Shown here: positions 1 to 9,577 of the stretch, piece after piece
Numbering within the stretch: the stretch's first letter is position 1
How the letters are laid out: every line of letters begins with the position of its first letter
IMG/VR virus record: IMGVR_UViG_2061766007_000581
Direction: 5' to 3' (one strand)
Origin: an uncultured virus (IMG/VR IMGVR_UViG_2061766007_000581)
Taxonomy: Duplodnaviria > Heunggongvirae > Uroviricota > Caudoviricetes
DNA: 24,040 bases
Program-made: the position numbers and the translations under genes
Notes under the pieces: model-generated
What the model was told of the DNA's origin: nothing
What the model saw: only the letters and a program-made list of their open reading frames with translations
Databases searched by the model: none

Positions 1-420
1 CTCATCTTCAGACGTGTCGAAATCACACCTGATATATTCGTGGGTATCCTCATCAGCTACCCAAACAGTCTTCTTCCATTTGAACTCCATGATCTCCTTG
101 TCAGAGATACGAGGCATCTTGAACCTGTCCTCGATCCCGGTAGTCCAGCACATGTCATACATCGAGCCGTATGATACAAACGTATCATTGATCTCAAGTG
201 AATCGGATCTATCTCTCAGTTCTTCCTCAGAGTAGTCTCCTATGTGTGCCAGTCTGCATCCATCAGGCATCGTCATGAGATGACCTATGACTGCATTGCG
301 GAATGTCTGACCGACCCACGAGTGTTCCATTAATTTCAGTCCCGCCCAGTTGTAGTCGATCGGATACATGTACTTCCTTTCATCTATGAATAATGTCTCA
401 TAGTATTGTCCCATATTCAT
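1..420 (-). CDS. Conserved phage hypothetical protein (MGQYY...GLKLMEHSW...GDY type), 3' end runs off window
   Basis: Hand translation (not in ORF track): MNMGQYYETLFIDERKYMYPIDYNWAGLKLMEHSWVGQTFRNAVIGHLMTMPDGCRLAHIGDYSEEE...; ATGA overlap with upstream stop; motif pattern recalled from phage hypotheticals. Confidence 0.85.
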   Translation of the reverse strand, partial: MNMGQYYETLFIDERKYMYPIDYNWAGLKLMEHSWVGQTFRNAVIGHLMTMPDGCRLAHIGDYSEEELRDRSDSLEINDTFVSYGSMYDMCWTTGIEDRFKMPRISDKEIMEFKWKKTVWVADEDTHEYIRCDFDTSEDE

Positions 421-686
421 TCCTCCATTTCGTATTCATCTACGATGATGTGCTGCTGTCTGTATGATCTTCCGCCGGACACTCTGCCTCTATTTGATAC
501 ACTGATCCTAGATGATGAGAATGATTGGAAGTGAAGGATGTACCCTTTCTCATTCTCTTCGATCTTCACCTTCCCGGATACCTCATAGACCTTGCTGTCT
601 TCATCGCCATTCTTCTTCACGGTTGTCACGATCACGTGACCTGCCTTGAAGAACCCACCGTTCTTTATGGTTGCCTTCTTAGTCAT
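417..686 (-). CDS. Hypothetical protein, 89 aa
   Basis: ORF track; GAGGGT RBS; coupled to neighbours. Confidence 0.8.
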   Translation of the reverse strand: MTKKATIKNGGFFKAGHVIVTTVKKNGDEDSKVYEVSGKVKIEENEKGYILHFQSFSSSRISVSNRGRVSGGRSYRQQHIIVDEYEMEE

Positions 687-698
687 ATGTTTACCCTC

Positions 699-917
699 TT
701 ATTCGAAACGATCAGTGACCTCATTCAGGAAATCATCCATCGTTATGTCATCAACACATTCATCACACATTACAATTCTTTCAACAGAATCGCGATGGCA
801 ATCTTCACATTCCATTCTGTTGTAAAGAGTTACCTTCTCTGTATCCTTATCGAATCTCAATGTGATCAGACCGCGATACATTGTTTCTCCGCCGCAATAA
901 GTACATACCATATTCAT
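699..917 (-). CDS. Small Cys-rich, putative zinc-binding protein
   Basis: CTYC, CEDC and CDEC motifs; ATGA overlap. Confidence 0.75.
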   Translation of the reverse strand: MNMVCTYCGGETMYRGLITLRFDKDTEKVTLYNRMECEDCHRDSVERIVMCDECVDDITMDDFLNEVTDRFE

Positions 918-1111
918 TCCTCCACAATATCATCGATGTCGAAATCATCCAGAAGATTCTCTGGATCATACGAATCATCATACCTGGTAAGTGTGACAGT
1001 ACAACACTCACGAACATAACCATCTATGATGTCATAAGCATCATCAGGGTTGTCTGCTTCTACTGTTACTGTGAATCCTCTCGGGTGTACTACAGCATTG
1101 TATTTTGGCAT
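914..1111 (-). CDS. Hypothetical acidic protein, 65 aa
   Basis: ORF track; GGAGG upstream. Confidence 0.75.
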   Translation of the reverse strand: MPKYNAVVHPRGFTVTVEADNPDDAYDIIDGYVRECCTVTLTRYDDSYDPENLLDDFDIDDIVEE

Positions 1112-1115
1112 GTTA

Positions 1116-1394
1116 TCATTCCTCCTCTATTGTGAATCCGTCTTGTTTCATGGTCTCTTGTATCTCGGTGAAGGTATCGTATGTCTCTTCGTCGAAAAGA
1201 TATTCGATATCACTGGTGAGTTCACCAAGGATCTCATTCTCTATGCTGGCCTTAGTGTTGATGACCTCGTCGGAAGTGAATGATTTTGTATCCCTCCAAT
1301 CATCATCACTCCATCTTCTTTGAAGTTCGCTTATCGTCTCACGAACGACGCGTGCTTTCAGTTCTTCGTATAATGTGTTGAATGCTTCTGTCAT
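1116..1394 (-). CDS. Hypothetical acidic protein, 92 aa
   Basis: ORF track; GGAGTGA RBS. Confidence 0.8.
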   Translation of the reverse strand: MTEAFNTLYEELKARVVRETISELQRRWSDDDWRDTKSFTSDEVINTKASIENEILGELTSDIEYLFDEETYDTFTEIQETMKQDGFTIEEE

Positions 1395-1398
1395 TATA

Positions 1399-1722
1399 TC
1401 ACTCCTCTTCCAATGAGTATCTCGCGTCTTCCGGAATGTACTTGGCGATCCTTACTGTAAGGATATGCTTGCTGTTGATCCAGGTATTGCTAAGCTCGAT
1501 GATCTCTTCATTCTCCATTGCCGATACAAGACGCTGCAGTTTCTCTTTCGCTTTGTCTATCGTGATCGGGAAGCTGAACACTCTCTGTCCACCGATCATG
1601 CGTATCGAAAGGATGTATTTGATACCGGGATTGTTCAGATCATCGATGGCCTCTTCAAGATCTTCCTGTGTACACGCATACAGTTCTTTCGTATCGAATT
1701 TATATCCACCAACTGACGGCAT
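1399..1722 (-). CDS. Hypothetical protein, 107 aa
   Basis: ORF track; AGGTGA RBS. Confidence 0.8.
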   Translation of the reverse strand: MPSVGGYKFDTKELYACTQEDLEEAIDDLNNPGIKYILSIRMIGGQRVFSFPITIDKAKEKLQRLVSAMENEEIIELSNTWINSKHILTVRIAKYIPEDARYSLEEE

Positions 1723-1726
1723 GATA

Positions 1727-1975
1727 TCACCTGTACACGCACTTCTTCAGGAAGTGATAGAGCATCGCGAGTTCTCTGAACGAGCCCTGTGCTACGACCG
1801 AATCGTTGATGACCACCTGGTTGTAGTCGAGATCCTTGTCGATCCTCAGATCCACTGTGCATTTGCTGTAATCGGAAAGATCATCTCCGAGATTCCTTCC
1901 GAGCTGTTTGCAGATCATTCTGTATTTCTTTCTGTTCTTGTGGTCGTCGACCATTGTCTTTAATTTTCCTATCAT
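1727..1975 (-). CDS. Hypothetical protein, 82 aa
   Basis: ORF track; GAGGA RBS. Confidence 0.75.
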   Translation of the reverse strand: MIGKLKTMVDDHKNRKKYRMICKQLGRNLGDDLSDYSKCTVDLRIDKDLDYNQVVINDSVVAQGSFRELAMLYHFLKKCVYR

Positions 1976-1976
1976 T

Positions 1977-2527
1977 TTATTCCTCTATCTTTATCACTAC
2001 TGTGCAGGTGCCTATCGGGCTTCTGTGCAGCTTGGCGCTTTCCAGAATCTTCAAGGCTTCCGCCTGGGTGAGTGAAGTGAACCCTTTGTTGCATATCAGT
2101 ATGTTNNNNNNNNNNNNNNNNNNNNNNNNNNNNNNNNNNNNNNNNNNNNNNNNNNNNNNNNNNNNNNNNNNNNNNNNNNNNNNNNNNNNNNNNNNNNNNN
2201 NNNNNNNNNNNNNNNNNNNNNNNNNNNNNNNNNNNNNNNNNNNNNNNNNNNNNNNNNNNNNNNNNNNNNNNNNNNNNNNNNNNNNNNNNNNNNNNNNNNN
2301 NNNNNNNNNNNNNNNNNNNNNNNNNNNNNNNNNNNNNNNNNNNNNNNNNNNNNNNNNNNNNNNNNNNNNNNNNNNNNNNNNNNNNNNNNNNNNNNNNNNN
2401 NNNNNNNNNNNNNNNNNNNNNNNNNNNNNNNNNTCTCTTCTTCCTTGACATCTATAGGTAACACTGGGTCATAGGCCGGTGTAAAAGGTATTTCATCGAA
2501 TATCTCCTCCATCTTATACTCAGGCAA
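1977..2527 (-). CDS. DUF3846-like protein spanning an N gap
   Basis: N-terminus (TTG start) PEYKMEEIFDEIPF...; C-terminus NILICNKGFTSLTQAEAL...IEE*. The allele at 3387-3704 supplies the middle. G-N-ILI...FTSLT resembles DUF3846 (from memory). Confidence 0.5.
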
Positions 2528-2875
2528 TCACACATCCTCCATCATCAGTATGACAGCGAATGTCAATGATCCATCCTTCACATCTATCCGCAGCTCCGTC
2601 CCGCGGAGTTCGATACCGGTGATGATACCGACATCCGCGGAATGATCGTCATCTATCTTGATGGCGAGCCTGAGGAATGATGTGTATATGCCTCCGGAGA
2701 AACGACGATCTACATCCACCATGAACAGATTGTTCAGTCTGCCCTTGTTGCCGATCGCCCTGAGTATCTCGCGATACATCGCCTCCAGGTCTCCGACGAG
2801 CTCTGTCTTCAGCGGGTTATTGAAGATCGTCATCAGGGCCTGAACCTTTCTCCTTGTGAGATATATCATCGACAT
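2528..2875 (-). CDS. Hypothetical protein, 115 aa
   Basis: ORF track; stop abuts next start. Confidence 0.8.
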   Translation of the reverse strand: MSMIYLTRRKVQALMTIFNNPLKTELVGDLEAMYREILRAIGNKGRLNNLFMVDVDRRFSGGIYTSFLRLAIKIDDDHSADVGIITGIELRGTELRIDVKDGSLTFAVILMMEDV

Positions 2876-2902
2876 GCTATCTACTAATGATATAGCTTAC
2901 AT

Positions 2903-3376
2903 CTACTTATACTCTTCGTCCAGCATCTTCATGTAATCAAAGGCCATCTCCAGGATCTCCGTCTGTTCTTCACCGGACAGTCTTGAAAGAAGTCCGGTCA
3001 TACACACCATGATGTGCTGAATGGCCGAATCCACCTGGAACTTCTTCATATCTTCCACCGGATAGATGGTCATATTGAAAGTACCTGATGTCTTGACACC
3101 GACCTTGATCGCTTCTCTCTTGTTGTTCTCATATGTATCCAGCGCTATTATCTCCTCATACCCCTTATGATCGGTATACAGGAAGAGATTCTTCCTATCT
3201 GCATCTTCATCGACGAATCTGTACAAGCAGATCATCTTCGTAGAACCATTGGAGAATCCGTTGAAAGAGACGGATGATGTTCCTTTTGATCTCTGGAACT
3301 TCACGATAGCATCGAACGTTTCACGATCGACAGCTATCTCTTCGAAGCTGGATCTCTGTATGAACGGATGGTCGGT
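2903..3376 (-). CDS. Hypothetical protein, 5' end lost in gap
   Basis: Frame stays open upstream of 3304 to the gap (TDHPFIQRSSFEEIAVDRETFDAIVKFQRSKG...). Confidence 0.75.
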   Translation of the reverse strand, partial: TDHPFIQRSSFEEIAVDRETFDAIVKFQRSKGTSSVSFNGFSNGSTKMICLYRFVDEDADRKNLFLYTDHKGYEEIIALDTYENNKREAIKVGVKTSGTFNMTIYPVEDMKKFQVDSAIQHIMVCMTGLLSRLSGEEQTEILEMAFDYMKMLDEEYK

Positions 3377-3386
3377 NNNNNNNNNN

Positions 3387-3704
3387 CCCTTTTACATCGA
3401 TCCCTTGTCCGTTGTATATTAGTGCATCTTTGAAACAACCTTTGCTTTCATTGTTCTCGATTATCATCTTGTTACCAAGGTTATAGAATTTGATGAGGTG
3501 TGAGTAACGTGTTACGCATCCAAGATTATGCATTATGCTATCGACATCTCTTTCTACCCTCACGGTCTCTACGCTGCATGTTGGAAGGAAACGTACGCAC
3601 AGTATCCCTCTTTCTTCTTCCTTTACGTCTACAGGTAACACTGGGTCATAGGCCGGTGTAAAAGGTATCTCATCGAATATCTCTTCCATCTTATACTCAG
3701 GCAA
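3387..3704 (-). CDS. Second allele (fragment) of the DUF3846-like gene
   Basis: 3611-3734 near-identical to 2434-2557; bounded by N gaps; ends ...IDVKG, which would join NILIC at 2105. Confidence 0.7.
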
Positions 3705-4613
3705 TCACACATCCTCCATCATCAGTATGACAGCNNNNNNNNNNNNNNNNNNNNNNNNNNNNNNNNNNNNNNNNNNNNNNNNNNNNNNNNNNNNNNNNNN
3801 NNNNNNNNNNNNNNNNNNNNNNNNNNNNNNNNNNNNNNNNNNNNNNNNNNNNNNNNNNNNNNNNNNNNNNNNNNNNNNNNNNNNNNNNNNNNNNNNNNNN
3901 NNNNNNNNNNNNNNNNNNNNNNNNNNNNNNNNNNNNNNNNNNNNNNNNNNNNNNNNNNNNNNNNNNNNNNNNNNNNNNNNNNNNNNNNNNNNNNNNNNNN
4001 NNNNNNNNNNNNNNNNNNNNNNNNNNNNNNNNNNNNNNNNNNNNNNNNNNNNNNNNNNNNNNNNNNNNNNNNNNNNNNNNNNNNNNNNNNNNNNNNNNNN
4101 NNNNNNNNNNNNNNNNNNNNNNNNNNNNNNNNNNNNNNNNNNNNNNNNNNNNNNNNNNNNNNNNNNNNNNNNNNNNNNNNNNNNNNNNNNNNNNNNNNNN
4201 NNNNNNNNNNNNNNNNNNNNNNNNNNNNNNNNNNNNNNNNNNNNNNNNNNNNNNNNNNNNNNNNNNNNNNNNNNNNNNNNNNNNNNNNNNNNNNNNNNNN
4301 NNNNNNNNNNNNNNNNNNNNNNNNNNNNNNNNNNNNNNNNNNNNNNNNNNNNNNNNNNNNNNNNNNNNNNNNNNNNNNNNNNNNNNNNNNNNNNNNNNNN
4401 NNNNNNNNNNNNNNNNNNNNNNNNNNNNNNNNNNNNNNNNNNNNNNNNNNNNNNNNNNNNNNNNNNNNNNNNNNNNNNNNNNNNNNNNNNNNNNNNNNNN
4501 NNNNNNNNNNNNNNNNNNNNNNNNNNNNNNNNNNNNNNNNNNNNNNNNNNNNNNNNNNNNNNNNNNNNNNNNNNNNNNNNNNNNNNNNNNNNNNNNNNNN
4601 NNNNNNNNNNNNN

Positions 4614-5213
4614 CTTCTGTTCGTTGTATGTCACCATATCATTATGCGATGCATCGTGCCAGCATTCTTCAGCCTCTTCCGCTGTTCCGAATACCTTTGC
4701 CTGTCTGTCCTCCGGCTGTATCAGATCATCCTGTTTACCGCCGAAGCTGAATGTGATGTGATAGTTCGGAGGGATCATCAGACCTCCGGCGATCGCATCT
4801 TTCACAAGCTTCACTGATTTGGTATACGAATAGAAGTTGACATCCATGTTACGCCAGGCAATCGATACGAGCTTGGAGAAATACGAGGCATTGTAGATAT
4901 CCCCAGCATCATTCCATCTGATATAGATCTTCTTATCTGGTTGTCTCCTATGCAATCTCTGAAGTTCTTGATCTACGATGAAGCCGAAGTCGTCACGCTG
5001 TGACAGCTCGTAGTTCTTCTTCATCTTATTCTTCACGCTCGGGAACAGATACCTGCCGGTCTTGGCATAGCACCACGATTCACATTCTCCCGCTTGCGGA
5101 CATGTGAGTCCGGGCGGAGTGTTGAAGTTGTAGAAGACAGTACCTGGGTTGGCTTCTTCTGTCGATTCCATCTTCTCATTATGTCCGAATATCTTTGATT
5201 TCACAAACCCCAT
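4614..5213 (-). CDS. GP88 (gene product 88) family protein, 3' end in gap
   Basis: FNTPPGLTCPQAGECESWCYA (Cx5Cx3C) ... IRWNDAGDIY ... FYSYTKS matches the GP88 signature. Confidence 0.85.
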
Positions 5214-5464
5214 TGTTTCACTACCTTTGTCACATCGAGCGTCGCACGAACACACCCGTTGTATGTCAGCAGAAGATCCTTGCTATTAAGATCCTCTATG
5301 TCATCATAAGGGACGCTGATGATCAGATCATCTTTGCTGTTCCTTACCTGGAGCATGCATATTTCTGAATTGATACGCCTGCATACGAGCTTGACACCGC
5401 AGTCATCGAATGATACAGAGCCCTCGTTCGGCAATGCTGCTCTTTTGAATTCTTCTTTGTCCAT
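5201..5464 (-). CDS. Hypothetical protein, 87 aa
   Basis: ORF track; GAAGGT RBS; first gene after a motif copy. Confidence 0.8.
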   Translation of the reverse strand: MDKEEFKRAALPNEGSVSFDDCGVKLVCRRINSEICMLQVRNSKDDLIISVPYDDIEDLNSKDLLLTYNGCVRATLDVTKVVKQWGL

Positions 5465-5494
5465 AATACCTTCCCGATATCTAGAAAAAGATAT

Positions 5495-5517
5495 CTAAAA
5501 AGTTTCATTGAATGTAA
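5495..5517 (-). promoter_or_regulatory. Element-specific promoter-like motif
   Basis: TTACATTCAATG-AAACTTTTTA-G, intergenic, co-oriented with genes. Confidence 0.75.
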
Positions 5518-5519
5518 AT

Positions 5520-6362
5520 TCACTCCGATACTCTCGTGTTGAATTTATTCACAGCCTCTTCAGGTGTGGAAGCATACGGGCCTCTCGCACAGCAGTTGCC
5601 GTTCGTGCACATGTAGTACATCCTCTTACCGCCGTCCTCTTCGACAAGTCTTACCTTCGAGTTGCAGTACGGACATGTTTTCGGCTTGTCGACGATCCTC
5701 CACACGCCTTCCATCTCTGCTGCAGAAGGGTATGCGATGACTACGCCGGGGTTCGCGGATGATGTCAGACCTTTCTTCTCCCCATCCATGATGGCGTAGA
5801 TGTATCCAGAGACAGCTGAGACGACACGGTACCCGTGATACAGTTTGTCAAGGGCCTCGACGAATGTGAGCTTGCTGAAGAATTCTGCAATCGTCTCACC
5901 CATCTTCTCTACCTTCTCTTTGTTCTTCTCTGCCTCATCATCTTTCTTCTTTTCTACTGTAGCAGGTTCATGATTCTTGAATGCGATCCTGTCTTGCAGT
6001 TCATTCGGAATGAAATTCATATTCGGATTCTCATCGGAGAGTTTCTTCGCTTCCTCATATACCGTGATGAAATTCTTTCCGGCTTTGTAGAAGAAGATGC
6101 TTACACTTTCAATCCTTCCGCTGCGGTTCTTCTTGACAGTGCGCCTTTCTCTGCAAAGGATATCATTGTCATACATGCTCTTCATCATCACGGAAATGAG
6201 ATTCGGATCCATTCCCTTATCATCCGGCCATGACTTGCTGTAAAGATCATAGGCATCTTCGACAGTCAGTTCTTTGTTCTTGTTCTCAGCGAACATGTGA
6301 AGGATGTTCGCTTCTCTTTCAAGTCTTTTGGCAGACACTTCTCTATTTCTTTCTGTTCTCAT
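5520..6362 (-). CDS. Multidomain protein: N-terminal wHTH-like, central DUF2829/Tad2-like, C-terminal Lar-family zinc ribbon
   Basis: GAGGT RBS before MRTERN; ILHMF..ELTVEDAY..ISVMMKSMYDNDIL; LTFVEALDKLYHGYRV...YPSAAEMEGVWRIV; PKTCPYC...CTNGNC...TPEEAVNKFNTR. Confidence 0.65.
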   Translation of the reverse strand: MRTERNREVSAKRLEREANILHMFAENKNKELTVEDAYDLYSKSWPDDKGMDPNLISVMMKSMYDNDILCRERRTVKKNRSGRIESVSIFFYKAGKNFITVYEEAKKLSDENPNMNFIPNELQDRIAFKNHEPATVEKKKDDEAEKNKEKVEKMGETIAEFFSKLTFVEALDKLYHGYRVVSAVSGYIYAIMDGEKKGLTSSANPGVVIAYPSAAEMEGVWRIVDKPKTCPYCNSKVRLVEEDGGKRMYYMCTNGNCCARGPYASTPEEAVNKFNTRVSE

Positions 6363-6455
6363 TTCGATTACCTCATTGGTATCAGATAAATCGTTTGGGA
6401 TCAATTCGTTTGTTTTAATTTTGTTTTGGAATTTGTTTGTATATTTGATATAGCT

Positions 6456-6620
6456 TCACACTATATCAGGACGAAGGATGTACATCGATTTTTCCAGAGT
6501 GTTATATGTCACTCTCAAAATCCTTGCGAATTCCTTCTCATCCATGTCATCGGTTATCATCGGATTATCATAGATGATACCTGGCAGCATATCCATTATC
6601 TCTTTGTCGATCGCAGTCAT
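6456..6620 (-). CDS. Small hypothetical protein, 54 aa (not in ORF track)
   Basis: MTAIDKEIMDMLPGIIYDNPM...LRPDIV*; start abuts upstream stop. Confidence 0.65.
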   Translation of the reverse strand: MTAIDKEIMDMLPGIIYDNPMITDDMDEKEFARILRVTYNTLEKSMYILRPDIV

Positions 6621-6797
6621 TCAATCATCTTCTTTCTTTTCAAAGCACGGACAATCAGTATCCCTTTCCATATCGAAAGGCATGCGTGGATCGTCGATCA
6701 TATCACATGACCAAACAGGAAGATCATCGCCGGTACATGTAGAGTAACTGCCGTACGGCGGAGCATACTTGCAATTCAAACACTGTTCGTCAGTCAT
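6621..6797 (-). CDS. Small Cys-rich protein, 58 aa (not in ORF track)
   Basis: AGGTGA RBS; MTDEQCLNCKY...WSC...DCPCFEKKEDD*. Confidence 0.75.
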   Translation of the reverse strand: MTDEQCLNCKYAPPYGSYSTCTGDDLPVWSCDMIDDPRMPFDMERDTDCPCFEKKEDD

Positions 6798-6842
6798 TCG
6801 ATATCACCTTAATAAAAAGGTAAAAGGTTTGATGATGAAGCT

Positions 6843-7286
6843 TCACTCGTCGAGTGCAGCGTCGATCATCTTTCTGAGTTTTCTGAGGAAACTTCCCGCA
6901 GTGTCATCAGAACATTTGTTCGTCGAGTGGTCACAGCACTTGTATGTGCATTTGTAATCCGTCTCGATTGCCTGGCATGCTCTGCCGAGGACATCGAGGA
7001 CGTCATCATCATACGCTTCGTCATCGTGGAAGATCGTGGTCGTGCATCCGTTCCTCTTCTTGTATGCAGAGACATCGTACTCACCATCATCGAGAACCTC
7101 TACGACGATGCTGATTCCATACTCATCGTTGAGCATGCCTTCGTATCTTGAAAGTTCATCGCCGATGTGTGCATCGTAGTTGGTCTTCTCGTCGACCATG
7201 ACTACTTTTCCGTTCGCATTCAGACCGATCCTGTTAGGAAGGTCAACATACCTGGTCTCAGTTACTTCATAACTTGCCATATTCAT
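6843..7286 (-). CDS. Hypothetical protein
   Basis: Start MNMASY chosen from ATGA overlap and GAGG RBS. Confidence 0.8.
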   Translation of the reverse strand: MNMASYEVTETRYVDLPNRIGLNANGKVVMVDEKTNYDAHIGDELSRYEGMLNDEYGISIVVEVLDDGEYDVSAYKKRNGCTTTIFHDDEAYDDDVLDVLGRACQAIETDYKCTYKCCDHSTNKCSDDTAGSFLRKLRKMIDAALDE

Positions 7287-7573
7287 TCCTCTTTGTACAG
7301 TTCTTTGGTAAGCAGTTTCGTGAAATCGTTTAACGTATCTACAACACAATTATACTCTATAAGTTTTTCGCAGATTGTGTTGTTATCATACATACATTTC
7401 ATGTACATGTAATCAACATCTTCCGGTTGCATGAATATCTTCATGTCCGGAATGACCGCGTCTCCATCGTACGATGAAACGAATTCGTATTCGAAGTATT
7501 CTTTTTGAGTCTGGTTTTCTTTTTTCATTCCTCCTTTCAGAATATATTTTCCCACTTTGAGAGAGTCCGGCAT
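7283..7573 (-). CDS. Hypothetical protein
   Basis: GAGGT RBS before MPDSLK. Confidence 0.75.
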   Translation of the reverse strand: MPDSLKVGKYILKGGMKKENQTQKEYFEYEFVSSYDGDAVIPDMKIFMQPEDVDYMYMKCMYDNNTICEKLIEYNCVVDTLNDFTKLLTKELYKEE

Positions 7574-7588
7574 ACACTTTACCTCTCT

Positions 7589-7611
7589 CTTGATTTCGAT
7601 ATTGAATGTAC
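7589..7611 (-). promoter_or_regulatory. Degenerate copy of the promoter-like motif
   Basis: GTACATTCAATA-N10-G (10/12 core match) in a 44-bp intergenic gap. Confidence 0.45.
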
Positions 7612-7617
7612 AAGTTC

Positions 7618-7977
7618 TCATTTGTAACATGCCTCCTTGTCATCCCATACCAAAGCTTTCATCTCTCTCAGATACGACGGAGATAACGATCCGCATTTCT
7701 CATACACATCGTTTTCCGTCAGCATCTCTGCGAAGTAATCATCAATCCCGAGACCAGTACATTCCATCTCGTCAGCCAATGTGAAGTACGTAGCTATCCT
7801 GGCCCGGATGTACAATTGGTGATCTCCTGTCCATTGATATATATACGTATCCGCTACAGGATTATACTTTACATCAGAAGTATATACCAGAACACTGTCT
7901 TCATTCGAAAGATACCTATCGAACTTATCTTTGACAGAACCTTTGATCTCGATGATGACGTCGTTGTATTCACCCAT
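7618..7977 (-). CDS. Hypothetical protein
   Basis: MGEYNDVIIEIK...; GAGG RBS. Confidence 0.75.
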   Translation of the reverse strand: MGEYNDVIIEIKGSVKDKFDRYLSNEDSVLVYTSDVKYNPVADTYIYQWTGDHQLYIRARIATYFTLADEMECTGLGIDDYFAEMLTENDVYEKCGSLSPSYLREMKALVWDDKEACYK

Positions 7978-8563
7978 TGATGTCCCTCTTCTTCGATACC
8001 TCATCCTTTATTCCCGAAAGATTCTTTGCGGAGAGTATCATTCCATCTTTGACTGCGAAGTATTTCATCTTGCCATGGCCTTCACTGATGTTCCATGCAC
8101 GATAGATGTTCCAGCTTTTGTATGGCTTCTTTAAATGCAGTTTACATGTCTCTCCTCTTATCTTGGTGTATGGTTCACCATCGATTGCCACATCTTCCAG
8201 AACATCGTCCTCCTCATCCACACCATATCCATTGTCTATGAACGCAGTGAGGAATGTGTTGATCAGAAGCTCGGTCGTGGTGTCCCCCATCCACAATGAT
8301 TCAGGGAATCCATTTACATCGATGAATCTTTCTTTGATGACATCGACAGTGATACGCTGCTTGCATCCTTCTACCGTTTGAGCAGAGGAACCGAGGTACC
8401 TCAGCTCATCTTTCACGAAGAATGCTACCACAGATGAGAACCATTTCATGGGCCAGAGGACGCCGTACTTCGCATAGAACCAGCCGGCATTGTATTCCAG
8501 AGCGTTTTTTGCCATCTGATTTGCGGTCGCTCTGTCACACCTGGTCAGAACAAGATCTGTCAT
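7970..8563 (-). CDS. Hypothetical protein
   Basis: MTDLVLTRC...; ATGA overlap. Confidence 0.8.
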   Translation of the reverse strand: MTDLVLTRCDRATANQMAKNALEYNAGWFYAKYGVLWPMKWFSSVVAFFVKDELRYLGSSAQTVEGCKQRITVDVIKERFIDVNGFPESLWMGDTTTELLINTFLTAFIDNGYGVDEEDDVLEDVAIDGEPYTKIRGETCKLHLKKPYKSWNIYRAWNISEGHGKMKYFAVKDGMILSAKNLSGIKDEVSKKRDING

Positions 8564-8859
8564 GCTACCGTCATCTCCTCGAAGTTCATTATGAAGATGC
8601 CGTTGTCCTCGCAATCATCCTCGTTGTCCTCTATGGTGACGTCATTGCCTTCCGCATTCATGCCCAGCCACATCACGAAGCGGGCGATGATGCGTCCGAC
8701 ATAACAATCATTGCGCATGAATGCCGCATCATCTTTCATCTCATTCATGAACCTCTGTGCGAGTGCCAGAAGTTCTCTGCCCATCCAATGGCTGTGGATG
8801 GTGATGTCGGAGGAATCTCCGTCTATGTCTACGACCTGAATTCCTATTCTGTCTCCCAT
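8560..8859 (-). CDS. Conserved phage hypothetical protein (MGDR...HSHWxG type)
   Basis: MGDRIGIQV...TIHSHWMGREL; pattern recalled from phage early proteins. Confidence 0.75.
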   Translation of the reverse strand: MGDRIGIQVVDIDGDSSDITIHSHWMGRELLALAQRFMNEMKDDAAFMRNDCYVGRIIARFVMWLGMNAEGNDVTIEDNEDDCEDNGIFIMNFEEMTVA

Positions 8860-8860
8860 T

Positions 8861-9043
8861 CTATCTCTCCATATCTTTCTTGTAATGTTTGTGAAGGCAG
8901 ACAGGACAGCAGAGCTTCGTACCATAGTAGCCCCAGTATCCTTTCTCTCCTTCGTAGTGGCGATGACCACACTCATCACAGTACAGCCAGTCACCATCCT
9001 TCTTAACTCTCGAGAGTATCCCCTCTATCAGTTTTCTGATCAT
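8861..9043 (-). CDS. Small zinc-finger-like protein
   Basis: GGTGA RBS; CDEC...CPVC. Confidence 0.7.
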   Translation of the reverse strand: MIRKLIEGILSRVKKDGDWLYCDECGHRHYEGEKGYWGYYGTKLCCPVCLHKHYKKDMER

Positions 9044-9503
9044 GGTAATCACCGATGAGATCCATTATGTATCTGTAGTCCTCATTGGTACTGACAGTGT
9101 ATTTGTTATACCCATCCCTCTTTGCATACGCTGAGAGATCCAGACCTGTGACCTCTTCCGCTTTCTTCAAATTGAGTTCGAGACACTCCGGATGATACTG
9201 AACGAACCATGCGAACAATCCCGTACTGAGAATTTGTTGCATGTTCACACCATTCTTTGCAACGCGCATTCTGTATGCGGTGAATGTCCCATCGTCCGAA
9301 GAGATCGGCTCATAGTCATCGACAGATTCCATCAGCCTGTCCACCTCTTTCACCAGCTCCGATATCCTCTCGCTGTTCTTCATGACGACCTTGAATGATG
9401 AGCTCTCTTTCTTGATGCCTTCATTCTCTTCGTTGAGTTCAGCGATCAGATTCATTTTGTTCTTGATTGTTTCTTTGATGTTGTTTTTGTTTTTGGTTTT
9501 CAT
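9003..9503 (-). CDS. Hypothetical protein with N-terminal coiled coil, 166 aa
   Basis: GAGGTG RBS; first gene after a motif copy. Confidence 0.8.
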   Translation of the reverse strand: MKTKNKNNIKETIKNKMNLIAELNEENEGIKKESSSFKVVMKNSERISELVKEVDRLMESVDDYEPISSDDGTFTAYRMRVAKNGVNMQQILSTGLFAWFVQYHPECLELNLKKAEEVTGLDLSAYAKRDGYNKYTVSTNEDYRYIMDLIGDYHDQKTDRGDTLES

Positions 9504-9548
9504 TGTTCCACCTCAGATTGTTTGAGTAATCGGTTTGGTAATCGATTT

Positions 9549-9571
9549 CAAAACAAATTCATTGATTGTAA
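9549..9571 (-). promoter_or_regulatory. Element-specific promoter-like motif
   Basis: TTACAATCAATG-AATTTGTTTT-G, intergenic. Confidence 0.75.
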
Positions 9572-9577
9572 ATATCA

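Noticed and set aside
2434..3734. Apparent tandem duplication (2434-2557 vs 3611-3734)
   Set aside because: Both copies abut N gaps and differ by a few SNPs, and 3387-3610 fits the missing middle of the first copy: strain bubble or scaffolding artefact
2903..8863. Pyrrolysine read-through of TAG stops at 2903 and 8861
   Set aside because: Read-through gives an immediate stop or an out-of-frame overlap with the next gene, so TAG behaves as stop
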